A DNA stretch of 64,000 nucleotides, taken from a virus (Duplodnaviria > Caudoviricetes). The stretch is taken from the IMG/VR virus record IMGVR_UViG_3300037501_000255. One strand, written 5' to 3'. The translations under genes were made by a program, and so were the position numbers. The notes beneath the pieces are model-generated. The model was not told the origin of the DNA, did not search any database, and worked only from the letters and a program-made list of their open reading frames with translations. The first letter of the stretch is position 1, and every line of letters starts with the position of its first letter. Of the stretch, positions 59,840-64,000 are shown in pieces.

Positions 59840-60616
59840 CTATGTTATGCTAATATCTCCGCCTAGTGCGACGGCGGGGATGTCTTCGGATGAGGCATCT
59901 ACTTCGAAGCACAAGTGTATTCTATCTACAAGTGTTGTGATGGGTATTTCTCTTCTCCATTCTGAATATGTATTAACCGTTATGCTGGTGGAGAAAATTG
60001 GATCTGCTTCGCCGATATTCTCTTCGGACTGACCGGAGCTGCTGACGTTTTTTATGAATAGCCCACTCTGTCGAAGCATGGTCCTGTATGTATTTTGCAG
60101 CCCAACCAATATAAGATCTCCAATTGATAGAACATCTTCCTGGGAGCGTCCCAGAACTTTGATCTCAAATGACTGTTCCCAGGCACCGGCAAAAATGACG
60201 GCTGCAGGAGCATTTATGATAGATTGATTTCCATACCCATCCGTCACTTTTTGTGATGAGTAGGCTATTGTCTGCTCATTCTGATTGAATGATATGGGCG
60301 CATATGAGGTTGAGGCCGGGCGCACAGTTATTGCAGGCAAAAATGATATGTCCTGTCGGTGAGTGCTACCTATATATAGCCGGGTAGTTTTTTCGTTGAT
60401 ACGACCATCATCAGCAGATAGTCCCAGATTATTCGGCGTTTTTGGGAAACCGAATTTGTCAGTCACATATCTATATTCCCGATCTCGCTTAAACATCTCT
60501 CTAAGGATGTCGATAAGCAGGTTTCTGCCTGCCATCATAGCGGTATTGCGAACAATATTGTCCAGCTGATATATATCAGAGAAGACTATGTACCCGCTAC
60601 CTATACTCATACTCAC
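59840..60616 (-). CDS. Neck/tail-terminator-like protein
   Basis: Immediately upstream of the sheath. FLPAITVR and WEQSFEIKVLGRSQEDVLSIGD fit a gpU/gp15-like pattern. Confidence 0.5.
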   Translation of the reverse strand: MSMSIGSGYIVFSDIYQLDNIVRNTAMMAGRNLLIDILREMFKRDREYRYVTDKFGFPKTPNNLGLSADDGRINEKTTRLYIGSTHRQDISFLPAITVRPASTSYAPISFNQNEQTIAYSSQKVTDGYGNQSIINAPAAVIFAGAWEQSFEIKVLGRSQEDVLSIGDLILVGLQNTYRTMLRQSGLFIKNVSSSGQSEENIGEADPIFSTSITVNTYSEWRREIPITTLVDRIHLCFEVDASSEDIPAVALGGDISIT

Positions 60617-61107
60617 ACATCCTGCGATGTCTGTCCTTCTATAACATCAAATAACTTGAACTGCGCCGGCTTATTGTCTAAAATTGCTTTTGAAATATAC
60701 TTGCCTGGTCTTAACTGCGCCATCCATATGCCTGCGCGATTTGTAGTTGTTTCCTTGATTACTTTTTTATCCGCATTCATTATTTTAACGGATACACCAT
60801 GTAGGGGCTTTCCATCCTCAGAAAGTATCTTGCCCTGCACCATAGCTCCTTTTTGGGCCGGCGACGTATCGGGCGGTAGGGCTATCTGCGGTTGAGTGGG
60901 CGGCTGTAACGGTGCGGGAGCGTGAGGCTCAGGGGCGCGTGTGGGGATTTGATGCTGAGCAGAGATGGCCTTCGAGAGCCCCGAGAAAACCTCGGCATTG
61001 ACTTTTGCCTGCAGTAGTTTTATATTAGTGTCCATTACTGCAAGTTGCGCCTGCATCTTTGTTATCATTTCATACATTTCTTCTATCATTTGTATCGGTT
61101 CTTTCAT
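60613..61107 (-). CDS. Coiled-coil protein with a carboxypeptidase-regulatory-like (transthyretin-fold) domain
   Basis: Start moved to MKEPIQ at 61107 (AGGA RBS, 10 nt after the upstream stop). VQGKILSEDGKPLHGVSVKI...TTTNRAGIW...PGKY. Confidence 0.7.
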   Translation of the reverse strand: MKEPIQMIEEMYEMITKMQAQLAVMDTNIKLLQAKVNAEVFSGLSKAISAQHQIPTRAPEPHAPAPLQPPTQPQIALPPDTSPAQKGAMVQGKILSEDGKPLHGVSVKIMNADKKVIKETTTNRAGIWMAQLRPGKYISKAILDNKPAQFKLFDVIEGQTSQDV

Positions 61108-61117
61108 AATGCTGTTC

Positions 61118-64000
61118 CTATGATGGTATTCCTGTTCCTGCGTGAATATTGTTGGCTGTAGTTGGACTGTCAGCGAGCACGCCTGCAACGGCAAGCACCC
61201 CGGATGAGGCGGTCCCTGACGTATTCCCCCATGCAAGTAGGTTGGTGCTGCCACCGGTAATCGCAAAGGGGCCGCCCGTTGCCGTCCATTGCAAGGCGCT
61301 GTTGAATGCTAGTAGACTTTGATTTGCAGCAGCAGCGAATACCGTCAATGACGATGGGAGGATAAATTGTGATGTAATATTCCCGATTATGACCAGTCTA
61401 CCTAGATCATTTGCCGCAGTAGATGCTGCAAATGATATTGTATCAAACCTATTATTTGATATATTTACTTGTGACATTAGTTTTGGGAACGAAACAGTTC
61501 CCAGTCTGTTGCCTGAAATACTACTTAAGTTGAATGATCCTGTGCTGCTAAATGCTGAGAAGTCGACATCATCCAGTTTGTTGCCTGTCATGACCAATTC
61601 TGTCAGATCGCCATTGGCTGTAGATGAGGTAAATGATACATCTCGTCCTACATTACCGCTAATTGCCAGTCTCGCCATCCCTCTTGTGCCAGAATTAAAT
61701 GCTATCGTACTTGCCGTATTGTTTCCATTTATTACAACATCCTGTATGGAATATATGACGGCGGCACCCCAAGCTTGCATGTCAATACCAACATTTTCCA
61801 TTGTATTGTTATTTATACTTATATTTGCTAATGTTTCGCCATTTATAGAGAATGCATCAGATATCAAATTATTATAAATATGCAAATAGCTTATATTTGT
61901 GCCACTATTGACAGTGCCAAGCGCTAACTCACCAAGCACATTAGAGCTGATGTCTAAGTTTGTAAATGTTTTACTAGCTATTGATGAACCTCCTCGCGCC
62001 ACAACCTGCGCTGCGCTATTTCCTCTTATGTTCAGACCCGTTACATCCGCACATTCGCCTATATCTGAAAACATCCAGATATATCCATCCACTGTATTCT
62101 CTATAATTGAGAGGTTTGCAATGCTATATGATGATGATCCCCCGATCTGCAGCCTAAATATCGGAATATCTCCGGTTTTATTGCGTGCTATTATTACATT
62201 GTTAAGCGCGCGAGTCTCTGCATCAAAACCGCTATTTTGAATTTTTAGGTTTCCGGTAATTATATTATCTGTAATATTGCAACCATCGATGCCATTTGAA
62301 GATAATGCTACTGCGTTAAATAGTGCAAGGTCTTGCTGAACGTCGTTGTGTGTTACTGTAAGGCCCGAGCTTCCCGTGATCGGGTATACGCTTAAGTTTG
62401 CTACATTATTGCCCTTAATTCTGGTGTTTAGGATTGTCCCGCTAAGTAATATGTCGAGGCCGTACGTCTGATTGTCCGAAATTAGGCAGTAGCTAGCGCC
62501 CGACGTGAATGACATGCCAACATCAGAATTCCCGGCAATGATGCAGCGATCCATACTCCCGGAGGTGGAGAGCGTCTTTTGTGAGAACTTATTTCCTATT
62601 ACAGAAGTGTCGTTAATTGTCGTCGCCGCTGATAGCGAAACATCTGAGCCGAAATAGTTGTTCTCTATTATATTATTCCCAGTTGCAGATGAATATACAA
62701 CATAGGTGCCTGCACCGGCCGAGGAGGCGCTTAATATGTTGTTTGATATAATAGACCGCTGCCATACAGCTGAACTTGAATTTGTTGCGCTAACAATCTT
62801 ATTGTTAGATAATATTGAGTTGTATATATTGTTTCCAGTATTGAAGTACAGTGTTTCAATAACATTGCCATCGATAACACAATCCGTCAGTGTTGTTGAA
62901 ACGTCAAATCTGAGCGCTGTCTGAATAATGTTGTCAGCTATTGAGCATAGAGACATCGGCATTTGTATTCTTAAGCTTGATCTCACATAATTACCAGATA
63001 TTCTGATACGAGTTAGCGATGATGCTGCTGAGAACATTAAATCTGTACTTGTATCTAAATATGAGTTATTTGAAAATACGCTATTAGCTCCTAATCTTAT
63101 TATAGTATTTGAATTTATTCCTGTTTCAAATACGTTATCTGTTATTATGAGCGGGCCCTTGTCAGCCGAGAATGTCATGGCCGTCTGCCCCTCAAATGAG
63201 TTGCCGGTTATAAATATAGGCTCCGTACCCCCACCATCCTCGCTAAAGTCAATGCCGCAGCCATTAGTGGCGGTGCCTGTAAAAATATTCCCTGTAATAG
63301 TAATTCTTCCGGCTTTTTGATCTATAAGCAATTTTCTAACAAAATAGTTGTTTGCAATAGTAATGACAGATTCTCTATTTGATGCACTAGAATTTACGTA
63401 TACATTAAACCCTATCGCAGCGTCTACGAATGTGTTTCCGGAAATTTCTCTCGCTAGCCGAGCGGCGCCAGCAGGTGTTGCGTCAAATTGTGCAGAAGAG
63501 AGGCCGGTGTTGCCACATACCATACCGCTGGTACCGGTGATACCTAAATTCAAGCCGGTCATTGAGCCGCGATTGTTTAGAAATTTTGTCAGAGAAGCGT
63601 TTATGATTGTGTTGTTTGAAAAATTACAGTCGTCAAACACGCAATTATCTACATTTAATAGGTGTTCCGTGGAATTGCAGTGAAAAAGTTTCGCTGTTCC
63701 GCTAAGCACTACGCTGTAAAATGTGCTATTTGATATGGTTGCGTCAGTTTCCGGAGCGACTGGCGAGCCTGCAGTTATTATATTACCTGATGATGCTACA
63801 ACATTCGTGAAGGAGCTAGCGGTGATGTTTATGTTGCCAAGTAAAATGAGCGTTTTAGCTACTCCGTCCCCATAGAAATTACACCCGGTAATACTCAAAG
63901 CACCCGCTTTAGACCATAGCTGTCCGAAATTGCCGCTTGGCCGGAAGGATGTATTTGCGATCGAGCTGCTGGGTGTGCTTGCGTCATTGCATGTGAGAGA
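61118..64000 (-). CDS. Right-handed parallel beta-helix protein (tailspike/fibre-like); N-terminus lies beyond the window
   Basis: Dozens of I-x-G/D/N-N repeats. The track start at 63898 is an internal TTG, and the frame is open to the window edge (LTCNDASTPSSS...). Confidence 0.8.
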   Translation of the reverse strand, partial: SLTCNDASTPSSSIANTSFRPSGNFGQLWSKAGALSITGCNFYGDGVAKTLILLGNINITASSFTNVVASSGNIITAGSPVAPETDATISNSTFYSVVLSGTAKLFHCNSTEHLLNVDNCVFDDCNFSNNTIINASLTKFLNNRGSMTGLNLGITGTSGMVCGNTGLSSAQFDATPAGAARLAREISGNTFVDAAIGFNVYVNSSASNRESVITIANNYFVRKLLIDQKAGRITITGNIFTGTATNGCGIDFSEDGGGTEPIFITGNSFEGQTAMTFSADKGPLIITDNVFETGINSNTIIRLGANSVFSNNSYLDTSTDLMFSAASSLTRIRISGNYVRSSLRIQMPMSLCSIADNIIQTALRFDVSTTLTDCVIDGNVIETLYFNTGNNIYNSILSNNKIVSATNSSSAVWQRSIISNNILSASSAGAGTYVVYSSATGNNIIENNYFGSDVSLSAATTINDTSVIGNKFSQKTLSTSGSMDRCIIAGNSDVGMSFTSGASYCLISDNQTYGLDILLSGTILNTRIKGNNVANLSVYPITGSSGLTVTHNDVQQDLALFNAVALSSNGIDGCNITDNIITGNLKIQNSGFDAETRALNNVIIARNKTGDIPIFRLQIGGSSSYSIANLSIIENTVDGYIWMFSDIGECADVTGLNIRGNSAAQVVARGGSSIASKTFTNLDISSNVLGELALGTVNSGTNISYLHIYNNLISDAFSINGETLANISINNNTMENVGIDMQAWGAAVIYSIQDVVINGNNTASTIAFNSGTRGMARLAISGNVGRDVSFTSSTANGDLTELVMTGNKLDDVDFSAFSSTGSFNLSSISGNRLGTVSFPKLMSQVNISNNRFDTISFAASTAANDLGRLVIIGNITSQFILPSSLTVFAAAANQSLLAFNSALQWTATGGPFAITGGSTNLLAWGNTSGTASSGVLAVAGVLADSPTTANNIHAGTGIPS

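Noticed and set aside
61108-61266. N-terminal 53 aa of the 217-aa track ORF
   Set aside because: It overlaps the beta-helix gene in another frame. The ATG at 61107 with an RBS is the more plausible start.
314-63683. Many plus-strand and nested short ORFs in the track
   Set aside because: They are antisense shadows of long, motif-bearing minus-strand genes and have no recognisable motifs of their own.
1-64000. CRISPR arrays, tRNAs, or a DGR (RT with TR/VR pair)
   Set aside because: No spaced direct repeats, cloverleafs or reverse transcriptase were seen. Intergenic gaps are mostly under 100 nt.

Overview
A 64-kb segment of a large (jumbo-type) tailed phage genome with a contractile tail. Almost every real gene is on the minus strand; the one clear exception is a LAGLIDADG endonuclease at 1963-2994. 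From left to right: (1) lysis and cell-wall enzymes, namely a LysM-lytic transglycosylase cut by the window edge and missing from the ORF track, an HNH nuclease and an Amidase_2; (2) a dNTP-supply block (folA, thyA, tmk, RNase HII, PIN-PhoH, class II RNR nrdJ) with a phage sigma factor and a frameshifted homing endonuclease; (3) an array of mosaic proteins with HRxDGPA repeats and C-terminal membrane anchors; (4) replication genes (DnaB, DnaC-like loader, SF2 helicase) and a tubulin/FtsZ-family GTPase; (5) a sugar-modification cluster (epimerase-like, possible Maf/DUF115-like, SpsF-like cytidylyltransferase, two GNATs, GT4); (6) a myovirus tail module (dockerin-like protein, 2195-aa wedge, baseplate J, gp25, spike, hub, tube initiator, tape measure, chaperone pair with a -1 frameshift signal, tube, sheath, terminator-like protein, beta-helix spike cut by the window edge). 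No capsid, portal, terminase, polymerase, tRNA or CRISPR array is visible. The strongest candidates for undescribed biology are two. First, a family of five tail-anchored proteins, one of which carries a copy of the tail-sheath C-terminal domain just before its membrane anchor. Second, 28 copies of a D-G-Y tripeptide confined to tail and baseplate proteins and encoded next to a glycosylation cluster. All homology calls are by-eye motif recognition; no searches were run.
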